Program-made: the position numbers and the translations under genes
Source of the DNA: Isorropodon fossajaponicum endosymbiont JTNG4
Lineage (GTDB): Bacteria; Pseudomonadota; Gammaproteobacteria; PS1; Pseudothioglobaceae
Reading direction: 5' to 3'
Length of the DNA: 32,000 nt
NCBI RefSeq assembly: GCF_016592615.1
Contig: NZ_AP013043.1
Coordinates: 540,001-572,000 of the forward strand
Notes under the pieces: model-generated
Seen by the model: only the letters and a program-made list of their open reading frames with translations
What the model was told of the DNA's origin: nothing
Database searches by the model: none
In this document: piece after piece, positions 19,184-27,688 of the stretch
How the letters are laid out: each line of letters opens with the position of its first letter
How positions within the stretch are numbered: the first letter of the stretch is position 1

Positions 19184-20144
19184 TCAGGAAGTTTTTTAAT
19201 CTTTTACAAAAAGAATCGCTTTTCTTTGACAGTCCTATTCACGGCATTAAACACTGGCAAACTGTTGAACGTAACGCGCATCATCTTGCAAGCTTCAATA
19301 ATGCCGATACCGAGGTTTTGTCGTATTTTGCTTAAACTTCCCATGACTGTATGCGTGAAAACGAGCATAGGGATAAAGGACACGGCCCTAGAGCTGCATC
19401 ATTTGCCAAGAAACATAGGGAGTTAATACACCACTTGATGATATTCAGTTTAAGCAGTTAACTGATGCTTGTAAAGGTCATACATATGGGGAACGACCTG
19501 ACTGTATTACAATTAATACTTGTTGGGATGCAGATAGGTTAGATTTGCTACGTGTGAATATCGTGCCTGATGCTGATAGACTTCATAATGAAGAAGCCAA
19601 AAGGATTGCCAATGAAAGTGATTTCTTAGTGTTGGATGCACATAAGGCTTTAACTAAATATAAGAGAGTTGTATTTGACCTTGACCATACACTTATCGAT
19701 GAAAAAGGTGAAACAGTTAGGCCTGGTATTTATAAACTACTGACTTCACTTAAGAATAACGGCATACACTTAACCTTGTGGACTGCAAGTTTTAAAGAGC
19801 GCTCAGAGCCAATTTTAAGTAAATTAGGACTGAGTGTTTACTTTGATAAGTTCATCTACAGGAAAGACTATAACACCGACCCTAGGCGATGGATTGGTGC
19901 ACACAAAGATATTCGTAAAACAAATGGGGATTTGCTTGTAGACGATTCACGCAAGCAAGTAGATTATGTAAATTCAATAGGTCTTGCTGGTTACAAGATG
20001 ACACCCTATGCCTCGACTGAACCGTACAATAAACCTGACATGAACGAACTAGAAGAGTTACATAGAATGATACTGCCTGATGTAGAATTTACCTTGCAAA
20101 CTAATACAAGTTTGTTTAGCAAAATAACCTCGATATTCAGATGA
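19177..20144 (+). pseudogene. HD-like domain fused to an NIF/FCP1-like HAD phosphatase domain, disrupted (no start codon, in-frame TAA, frameshift)
   Basis: Phase-1 frame: SPIHGIKHWQTVERNAHHLASFNNADTEVLSYFA-TAA(19333-19335)-TSHDCMRENEHRDKGHGPRAASFAKKHRELI. Near 19430 it shifts into the frame of ORF 19545..20144: LDDIQFKQLTDACKGHTYG...TCWDADRLDLLRVNIVPDADRL, then the HAD motifs VVFDLDHTLID, LWTAS and LLVDDS. Confidence 0.6.
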
Positions 20145-20638
20145 AAAAACTACTCTTAACTTTGTTAATCTCTTTAATGTCCATGTTTTCGCATGCTGAA
20201 GATAATTGGACTATTGACGATAGTAACTGGATATATGCAAATGGCACTACGGTAAATGGCCATAAGTTTGGCTTTGCAAAGGACAAGGGTAGATGTGATG
20301 AAAACCTAATGTTTATAAGTTGGTCAACTTACTCCAATGGTCTTGAAGAATTTGAAGGGCAAGATGTGAAGGTCTATATGGATTTTGATGGCAAGGTGAC
20401 GCATGCAACACTTGATCTTATTTCTACTTATAAATTTGGAGAGATGACTTTGGCCATGTTTAGTAATGTTGTCATGCCTGAAGAGTTCTTAAACATAATA
20501 AGAAACAGTAAAAATCTTATAGTTGCTTTTTCGACCAAGAATGACTTAACTAAAGTCTTAGATATGCAAAATGATACTTTTAATATTGAAGGCTTTACTA
20601 AGGCCTTTGATAAGGCTCAAAATCAATGTATGGAATAA
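20141..20638 (+). CDS. secreted hypothetical protein
   Basis: 165 aa with signal peptide MKKLLLTLLISLMSMFSHA. ATGA overlap with the preceding reading frame. Confidence 0.65.
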   Translation: MKKLLLTLLISLMSMFSHAEDNWTIDDSNWIYANGTTVNGHKFGFAKDKGRCDENLMFISWSTYSNGLEEFEGQDVKVYMDFDGKVTHATLDLISTYKFGEMTLAMFSNVVMPEEFLNIIRNSKNLIVAFSTKNDLTKVLDMQNDTFNIEGFTKAFDKAQNQCME

Positions 20639-20700
20639 TATAAAGATAGGCTATACATCCTATGCAGATCGATTTAACACATAACTTGCATGGAGCTGTT

Positions 20701-21285
20701 CTACCACAAACATAAGAAACAACTACTTTTATCTTTTAGGGTTGTGGTCTTATCCTTATCCTTATCATTCCATTCAACATCGTCATCCCACTCATTATCA
20801 CCCCAGTTTAATCCTTTCACACCAACAGCACCTGTTTTAGTGTCAATTAGATATAAACTAAAACTACCGTTACCTGTAGCACCAGCTGTATCTCGAATGA
20901 TTCCAATAAGTTTATTTGGGTAGCCAGGTATTATAAATGTAGGAGTGTCTTTTGTATGTAGCGATACAACACCTGTACTTTCAATCCATCTGCCGTCGCC
21001 TCGAGCTGCATTTTCTTCAGACCACAACATGCCATCAAAGCCATCAATTTTAGGTGTGTGGTTTTTAGTTGAATAGAACTCACACATCATGGAGCAGCTT
21101 AATGATAATACTGATTTACCCCCGGGTTGTAAAAATACAGATACAAATTGATGTCCAGATTCTTGGTCAGCGTTGGTTATTATTGTCAGCCTATCAACTT
21201 CTTTTGTGATGAATTTACCATCAGGAGACCACGCTATTGTCGAAGTTGAAATTATTAGGCAGATTGTTAACAGTAATTTATTCAT
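20701..21285 (-). CDS. secreted hypothetical protein with an acidic W/D-rich C-terminus
   Basis: 194 aa with signal peptide MNKLLLTICLIISTSTIA. C-terminal GLNWGDNEWDDDVEWNDKDKDK. The plus-strand ORF 20690..20923 is its shadow. Confidence 0.65.
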   Translation of the reverse strand: MNKLLLTICLIISTSTIAWSPDGKFITKEVDRLTIITNADQESGHQFVSVFLQPGGKSVLSLSCSMMCEFYSTKNHTPKIDGFDGMLWSEENAARGDGRWIESTGVVSLHTKDTPTFIIPGYPNKLIGIIRDTAGATGNGSFSLYLIDTKTGAVGVKGLNWGDNEWDDDVEWNDKDKDKTTTLKDKSSCFLCLW

Positions 21286-21300
21286 AAGAAGAATTGTACC
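21283..21300 (-). promoter_or_regulatory. GGTACAATT (-10-like) element 7 nt upstream of the ATG of the minus-strand gene
   Basis: The minus strand reads GGTACAATTCTTCTTATGAAT. This is the mirror partner of the plus-strand element at 21328, and the two motifs start 36 bp apart. Confidence 0.4.
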
Positions 21301-21327
21301 AAATTGTTAGGATAAGAGATTAGATTT

Positions 21328-21347
21328 GAGCTACAATTTACCTCATG
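21328..21347 (+). promoter_or_regulatory. conserved GAGCTACAATT (-10-like) element 7 nt upstream of ATG
   Basis: TTTGAGCTACAATTTACCTCATGAAA. No SD. Confidence 0.4.
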
Positions 21348-22234
21348 AAAATAAAAATATTACTATTGTCTTTAATTCTCATTACGCAAGTTTTTGCATC
21401 TTATGCAATTGATATTAAAGATTTTAAAGTGGATTTTTCACCTTTTTATGATGGCACAAAGATTATTAAGTTAAGTACTGAAAGTGCTATTATTTATAAA
21501 GAAGAGCTATACAACATTGACATAGAGTGGACTCCTGATGATGGCCTCTCCCCAAGGCTTACAGGTGCTGCAAAAATTAACTTCCACCCAATCCAAGGCG
21601 ACTCTTTTTCAATCTTTTCAGAGGCATTTCATTTGCCAGATAGCATGCTTGATGATTTGGGAATTATAGGTAAAAATGCATGGAGTATTAATCGAGAAAT
21701 AGATTTAAAAAAACACACTCTTTCAATTACGAATCGTTAGTAAAAATATCATTAATAGATAACTCACACCAATCTTATAGTTATGCATATGACGTAACAC
21801 CGTTCTTTTTTGAAGATGTTAATTACGATGGCGAATATGAATTAGTTATTGTCAATACTAGCGCTGGACAAAGATGGGTAAACTCATATTCTATATATAA
21901 AAAAAATCAAAACAACGGGTTTATTTTGATTAATGAGGCCCCTTTTAACACCCTTGACCAACTTTCAACTTTTGACCATAAAAATAGAGCGGTGGATGTT
22001 TTTTCTTCAGGCGGGTCTTGCACTAATTCAAATAAACGATATAGGCTAATTGAAGGAAAATATATTCTTGTTGAGTTTATTGACTGGGATTATTACTCTA
22101 CTAATAATAGAATAATATGTGTCAAATCAAAATATAATGTTGTCAGCGGGGAGAGAATTCTTAAGTCTAAAGCTGAAAGTTATTGGAGTTCAGAAATACA
22201 TGATTATATTGAACTTGGGACTAAATTTTATTAA
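21345..22234 (+). pseudogene. secreted protein with an FG-GAP/VCBS-like Ca-binding-type motif, split by a frameshift at an A7 run (or sequencing error)
   Basis: ORF 21345..21740 has signal peptide MKIKILLLSLILITQVFA. A second frame is open from 21692 with no start codon until TTG 21926 (...YAYDVTPFFFEDVNYDGEYELVIVNTSAGQRW...). One extra A in A7 (21707-21713) would fuse them. Confidence 0.5.
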
Positions 22235-22300
22235 TAAAAACAAATAAAATGTAGCCACAATAACACTATAAATAATTAAAACAAAGTACTGGAAAATAAT

Positions 22301-23569
22301 ATGGAATTTGATTTAAATCTAATATATCCTACAAATTTATTAAATACGTCATTTCTAATAATCATTGCTATTATGGCGACGGCGGATTTATTTACTTATT
22401 ATTTACATAGTACACATAGGGATTTCAAATCAACAATCATATCTATAGGTGTATTAGGTACGTTTGTTGGTGTTTATATAGGATTGTCAAAATTTGATGT
22501 AAACGATATAACTGCAAGCGTGTCAATTTTATTAGAAGGCCTTAAGATAGCCTTCTACACATCAGTAGCAGGCATGTCTTTTGCCTTGTTTATTACCATC
22601 ATACAAAAGACTTTTCCTGGAAATGAAGAACTTGATGATAGTAGCATCTTACAAAGTATAAATAAAAAATTAGAAGCACTGGAAGAAATTCAAGTTAATA
22701 CCAAGCATCTTCAGACTCTACCTAATCAAATTACATCTGTTCTATTTGAAATTAGAGATTTGGTTGGAGTTAATAATGAAAAACTTTTGACAATGCTTAC
22801 AAAGGAGATGGAAGAAATAAGACTGTCTCTTGAAAAAGCCACTGAAAGCTTAGCAAAAGGCGCAACAGAAGAAATTATAAAAGCTCTGGAAGTGGTTATT
22901 TCAGATTTTAATAACAATTTAACCGAGCAGTTTGGGGATAACTTTAAACAGCTTAATGAGTCTGTTGTAAACATGATCCAGTGGCAAGAAAATTATAAAG
23001 AAACAATTGACGATTTAGAATCCAAACTAGATAAGGCAATGACAATTTTTGAAAATTCAATTGAAAAAGGTCATTTGGCGCTTAATGAAGTCTTCGAGCA
23101 GTTTAAATTAAATTCAGATACATTGATTGAGTCCAATAAAAATAGCCAGAAGCAACTTCAAAAAACTATACAAAACTCTTCAGAAGCCCTGGAAAATACT
23201 TCAGCAGTTATATCAGGACTGAAAGATGATTTTAGTTCAATATCTGATATGAGTATTAAGCTTGGTTCGATAATTGAGACTAATCAAAATCAAATCTCAA
23301 ATTTAGAGACGCATTTAGAATCTATGACGAAAGTTGGGGTAGATGCTAGAGAGATGACAAACTCTATTAAAGATTTCTCCTCTGAAGTGCAGGAATCTCT
23401 AACCTCTCAGTCAAAATCTCTATCAAAAATGACTCAAGAGTTAGATAAGCAATTGCCAGAATCTTTGGGGAAACTTAATAAATCCCTAACATCTTTAACA
23501 AATCAGTTTGCAAAAGATTATGAGAAGTTTTTAAAGCTAATGTCTAATCTTGTAAATAGCAAAGAATAA
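22301..23569 (+). CDS. MotA/ExbB/TolQ-family channel protein with a long C-terminal coiled coil (ZorA-like)
   Basis: 422 aa. Three TM helices lie within the first ~105 aa, with the family core IGVLGTFVGVYIGL...LKIAFYTSVAGMSFALFITII. Residues ~110-422 are uninterrupted heptad-like E/K/L/S/N/Q-rich helix. Confidence 0.75.
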   Translation: MEFDLNLIYPTNLLNTSFLIIIAIMATADLFTYYLHSTHRDFKSTIISIGVLGTFVGVYIGLSKFDVNDITASVSILLEGLKIAFYTSVAGMSFALFITIIQKTFPGNEELDDSSILQSINKKLEALEEIQVNTKHLQTLPNQITSVLFEIRDLVGVNNEKLLTMLTKEMEEIRLSLEKATESLAKGATEEIIKALEVVISDFNNNLTEQFGDNFKQLNESVVNMIQWQENYKETIDDLESKLDKAMTIFENSIEKGHLALNEVFEQFKLNSDTLIESNKNSQKQLQKTIQNSSEALENTSAVISGLKDDFSSISDMSIKLGSIIETNQNQISNLETHLESMTKVGVDAREMTNSIKDFSSEVQESLTSQSKSLSKMTQELDKQLPESLGKLNKSLTSLTNQFAKDYEKFLKLMSNLVNSKE

Positions 23570-23572
23570 TCT

Positions 23573-24370
23573 ATGAAAATCACCCAATTTGACGAATTAT
23601 GGACGGCAGTAAATCGGGTAAAAATCGACAAATATAGTACAACCGAAGTAAAGCAATTTTCAACAAAAGGAATAGAGAGTAATCTAGAAGATATTTTTGA
23701 CGCAAATGCAGGTGAACTGTTAACAGTCCTAAAAGATGGATCAATTAAAAAAGCCATTGTTCATGTGTCAGATATAACCAATTGGAGCTATTCAGGCTAC
23801 GCAAGAGAGCTTCCAAAATTCCATATATTTGAATGTAGTACACTTTCTCAAATGAGGAGTAATAATAGGGGTCATCGATATAAAAAAGCAGGAAGAAGTG
23901 ATGGAAAATTTTGGATAGTGCAGCTTAACGGTGGTAATTTTGAAAAATTAGATGTATGTAGAAACTGCTTAAGAACATACAATAAAAAATACAATGTATC
24001 TAAATACGGCCTAACCCCAGGAAACTTTGATTTACAAAAATATTTAAATCAAAAATTAAAACACTTACAGCCATCGATTGCCAAAGATGAGGATATGACG
24101 ACCGTTCCACAAGCTTATTCCAAGAACTGGTCAATTATCTCAAAAACTATTAAAACTAATTTTAATTACACTTGTCAAGAGTGTTACAAAGATTTAAGTC
24201 AGTATAAAAAATATTTGCACACCCATCATATAGATGCGAATAAATCTAATAACAATCATGGCAATTTAAAAGTTTTATGCATTGGCTGCCATGCAGAAGA
24301 GTTTAAGCATAGTCACATCAAATCTACTCCACAATATAAAGAGTACATACTTATGAGAGATAAAATATGA
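23573..24370 (+). CDS. HNH endonuclease with an N-terminal Cys-containing domain (ZorE-like effector candidate)
   Basis: 265 aa. HNH motif at nt 24173-24292: YTCQECYKDL...LHTHHIDANKSNNNHGNLKVLCIGCHAEE. The N-terminal domain has LPKFHIFECSTL...LDVCRNCL. It starts 3 nt after the previous stop and makes an ATGA overlap with the next gene. Confidence 0.8.
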   Translation: MKITQFDELWTAVNRVKIDKYSTTEVKQFSTKGIESNLEDIFDANAGELLTVLKDGSIKKAIVHVSDITNWSYSGYARELPKFHIFECSTLSQMRSNNRGHRYKKAGRSDGKFWIVQLNGGNFEKLDVCRNCLRTYNKKYNVSKYGLTPGNFDLQKYLNQKLKHLQPSIAKDEDMTTVPQAYSKNWSIISKTIKTNFNYTCQECYKDLSQYKKYLHTHHIDANKSNNNHGNLKVLCIGCHAEEFKHSHIKSTPQYKEYILMRDKI

Positions 24371-25236
24371 AAAACGATAGTGAATGGATGAGTATTTCTG
24401 ACATCATGTCCGGACTCATGATGGTTTTTTTGTTTATCACTGTAACCCTACTCGTTACAAAAAATGAAGAAATAAATCAAAAACAAGCTGAGATAGAAGA
24501 TCGACACCAGGATATTATTGCTCTAAAAAATGCTCAGAAATTATTGCTTGAAAGCAATGACTTGAAGATTGATATGGCAAGACTAGCCCTTGATTACTCA
24601 AGGTTAAAGCTAAAAGTAAAGAGTGACAAGAATATAGTAAATTCAATAAATGAAGAAAATCGACAATTAAAGAAAGACATTGACATCCTAAATGACAAGA
24701 TTCCCAGATTTGATAACACCCAACACAATAGAGTTTTAGAAAATATAAATAAAGCTCTACATAATGAATTTGACAATGATTTAATTAAATGGGGTGCAAC
24801 AATAAATAATGATAATTCGATTGTCTTTAACAATCCTAAAATTTATTTCGACTCAGCCTCTTCAGAAATAAAAAAAGAATTTAAAATCATATTAAATGAT
24901 TTTTTTCCACGATATATTGAGATATTCGCTAATAGTAGTTTTAGCTCTTATATAAAAAATATTAAAATAGAGGGGCATACTTCTTCAATTTGGAACTTTA
25001 ATAGAATGACTAATGGTAGACAAGAGTCGTATTTTAATCATATGGAATTGTCACAAGAGAGGGCAAATAACGTCTTGAAATTTTGCTATCTAGGTTCGTT
25101 AAAATACAGCTCTTTTCTTAAATCTAAATTAGAGAGTAGTGGGCTTTCATTTTCACAGGCTGTAATGAAAGAAGACAAGAAAGAGGATATTGATAAATCA
25201 CATAGAGTTACATTTAGATTAATATATGAGGACTGA
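24367..25236 (+). CDS. MotB-like protein: plug/TM with conserved Asp, coiled coil, OmpA-like peptidoglycan-binding C-terminus (ZorB-like)
   Basis: 289 aa. N-terminus WMSISDIMSGLMMVFLFITVTLLV (Asp12 before a single TM), a ~100 aa coiled coil, and C-terminal IVFNNPKIYFDSASSEI...IKIEGHTSS...LSQERANNVLKF...HRVTFRL. Confidence 0.75.
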   Translation: MKNDSEWMSISDIMSGLMMVFLFITVTLLVTKNEEINQKQAEIEDRHQDIIALKNAQKLLLESNDLKIDMARLALDYSRLKLKVKSDKNIVNSINEENRQLKKDIDILNDKIPRFDNTQHNRVLENINKALHNEFDNDLIKWGATINNDNSIVFNNPKIYFDSASSEIKKEFKIILNDFFPRYIEIFANSSFSSYIKNIKIEGHTSSIWNFNRMTNGRQESYFNHMELSQERANNVLKFCYLGSLKYSSFLKSKLESSGLSFSQAVMKEDKKEDIDKSHRVTFRLIYED

Positions 25237-25242
25237 TTCACA

Positions 25243-26875
25243 ATGATACAATTAAAAAATACTATTTTTATTATATGTATGGCTTATGCCGCCATATCAT
25301 CCGCCAATTTAATCAATCTTGAAATTCAAAATAATACGATTTCAATAAACTTAAAAAATAGTTATATTTCCAGTAGTCATAATGACTTGGTTGCTAATGT
25401 TAGCCCACTATTAGTAATCAAATTTAAAGATAAGCCAAGTCAATCACTTGCAATATTCTCAATAAAAAACTTATCTAATAAAAGCTTTAGCCCTTTAGAT
25501 TTAGACCAAACTATTCTTTCATTAAAAAATGGCAATTGCAGTAATAAAAATCTATGCACATCAAATAAAAATGGATCAAATATCAAGGTGTTAATACAGG
25601 GGGATGCTACATATGTGGGTAATGTTTTAGACTCTAGTAAGGCTTATAGTGGCATGAGTCAAGTGAACAATGGGGATAGGGTTAGTTTAGTTATATCAAC
25701 TCTAACAAGAGTTGGAAATATCCCGATATTAATACAATTATCAGGGAAGTATTCATCTTATAGTGATATAGAAAGTATTCAAAATACATCTAAAAATGTT
25801 ATTAATAAAATTCTTAATAGCAAGGTTCGAAAAATCTCAGGAAGTCTAAAAAAAGAAGCGAATGTTAAAAAAACAATACGCATACCAGAGGTCGCCTTTA
25901 ACAACAAAAAATCAATTGACACAATTCAACCAATTGATTTTCACAAACTCCATGCGTTATTAGGAAAGCACCAATCCTTAAACTATCTTATCAATTATTA
26001 TAAAGAGCATAATAACTATCTCAAGCTTATACCGTGGCTCGAAAAATCCTCGCAACTAGGTAACAATAAGTCTTCATGGGAGTTGTTCAAGTTGTTTAAT
26101 ACTGATGGGAATAATATCAATAAAGATATAGCCATAGCAAACCATTGGCTTAAAGTAGCATTTAAACAAGGAAACATTGAAGCGGTCCATGAGATCGGCC
26201 TTAATTTTATATACGGAATTGATGCCATCAAAGATGAAGAGTTAGGATTTAAGCTAGTGAAGCGTTCGGCTATTTCAGGGCATTATCCATCTCAATCTTA
26301 TTTAGGAATTCTTTTTCTCAAGGGGATTGGGACAGAGAAAAACAAAAAAAAAGGCGTGGGAATGGTTTGAAATTGCAGCTGAAAACAATTCAGCTTATGC
26401 CCATCAAATGTTAAAAATATCTGTAGCAAATAATGGAGGAATTCATCCTTATTACACAGAATATGCGGACTTCTGGACCTGGTATGAGAAAGGAGCTTTA
26501 GCAGGAGTTCCTATTGCACAATATGAATTTGGAGCGCGTGAAGAAGGCCGTGTTAATACAATCGTTAGAAGAACCTACGGCCCAGGATCTAAAGAATATT
26601 ACAAACAAATGTCCATAGCACTTGAATGGATTGAAAAAGCCGCCAAACAAGGAAATTCTAATGCCACAAACCATTTGAAAGATAAAATTTCTAATTTAGA
26701 AAAAAATTATGAATCTGGTAGGTATCCTAGAATTGCCGCTATGGAATTAGCCATAATGCATTTCAAAGGTTTGGGTGTTCAAAAAAATAGAGATAAGGCC
26801 GATATGTGGATTGAAAAATCTGGATATGCCAAACCCTTTTTTGGAAAATCTTTTTTAGATTCCTTTGAAGATTAA
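25243..26875 (+). pseudogene. secreted Sel1-repeat (SLR) protein split by a frameshift in an A9 tract (possible phase variation or sequencing error)
   Basis: Signal peptide MIQLKNTIFIICMAYAAISSA with Sel1 units in the C-terminal part. Frame 1 ends ...LKGIGTEKNKKKGVGMV-stop (26370). Frame 2 (26327..26875) reads ...KKKAWEWFEIAAENN, which completes the Sel1 consensus. Removing one A from A9 (26344-26352) fuses them into a protein of ~540 aa. Confidence 0.7.
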
Positions 26876-27028
26876 ATAACTTACGAGTCTTTTTCTTTTT
26901 TCATATTGGTTCGATATTTAGCTTTTAATCCAATCTAGAGTGGAAGCTAAAAAAGGGGTTTATGAATGAACAGCTTAAGCATATGCTGGACAAATTGTAC
27001 CTAACTAGCTAATCTTTCGGTTGCTTTT

Positions 27029-27049
27029 GAGCTACAATTATCACTTATG
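27029..27049 (+). promoter_or_regulatory. conserved GAGCTACAATT (-10-like) element 8 nt upstream of ATG
   Basis: TTTGAGCTACAATTATCACTTATGAAA. A mirror AATTGTACC lies 36 bp upstream (26993-27001), the same spacing as at 21292/21328. Confidence 0.4.
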
Positions 27050-27688
27050 AAACGCATACTTCCGCTACTCACTCTAATCCTTACTACTGCTCAAGCCAAT
27101 CTTGAAGCAACCTACCGAAACAACCTATTAATCAACCCAGATACTAACCAACCCTTCACAGGCAATCTAGACATCATTAACAACGACTGGGGCAAGGATG
27201 CTGTAGAGTTTAACAAAGACTATGTTGATGGCATTCTTCACGGCTATGAGAAGGTCTACTATCAATTAGGTGAGCTTAAGTCACTAGGACACTTTAATCA
27301 AGGTAAGGTTGATGGTATGGTTGAGTTGTATTATGAAGATGGCTCTATCCAGGCACAGGTTAACTTTGATAATGGTATTAGACAAGGTAGAGCTGTTAGC
27401 TACTATCCAGATGGTAGTAAGCAACTAGAACAAGTCTTTAATAATGACGTACTAGACGGTCTACATAGAACTTGGTATGAGAACGGCAAGGTAATGAAGT
27501 CAATCCCATATTCCAAAGGATTGGTTCACGGTATGGTTACTACCTATTACGAATCAGGAAGAGTGTTTGAAGAAGTAACATATGAATATGGAAAGCCTAA
27601 ATTGATGAAGGTGTATAACGAAGATGGGACGCTGGCTGATATAAAAGGGTTTTTGGATAAGAAGGTTATTGAGAGGTTTAAGCAATGA
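27047..27688 (+). CDS. secreted MORN-repeat-variant protein (YwqK-family-like)
   Basis: 213 aa with signal peptide MKRILPLLTLILTTAQA. Repeated units such as GILHGYEKVYYQLGELKS, GKVDGMVELYYEDGSIQA, GIRQGRAVSYYPDGSKQ, GLHRTWYENGKV and GLVHGMVTTYYESGRV. Confidence 0.8.
   Translation: MKRILPLLTLILTTAQANLEATYRNNLLINPDTNQPFTGNLDIINNDWGKDAVEFNKDYVDGILHGYEKVYYQLGELKSLGHFNQGKVDGMVELYYEDGSIQAQVNFDNGIRQGRAVSYYPDGSKQLEQVFNNDVLDGLHRTWYENGKVMKSIPYSKGLVHGMVTTYYESGRVFEEVTYEYGKPKLMKVYNEDGTLADIKGFLDKKVIERFKQ

Noticed and set aside
19333-19335. In-frame TAA as evidence for an alternative genetic code
   Set aside because: TAA, TAG and TGA all terminate the well-conserved housekeeping genes in this window at their expected ends, so the standard code 11 applies.
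22301-25236. Interpretation as a flagellar stator (MotAB) or as TolQR/ExbBD
   Set aside because: No flagellar, TonB or TolA/TolB genes are adjacent. ExbD and TolR lack an OmpA-like domain. Flagellar MotA has a large cytoplasmic loop rather than a 310-aa C-terminal coiled coil. An HNH nuclease is embedded in the operon, and the locus lies in a mobile island.
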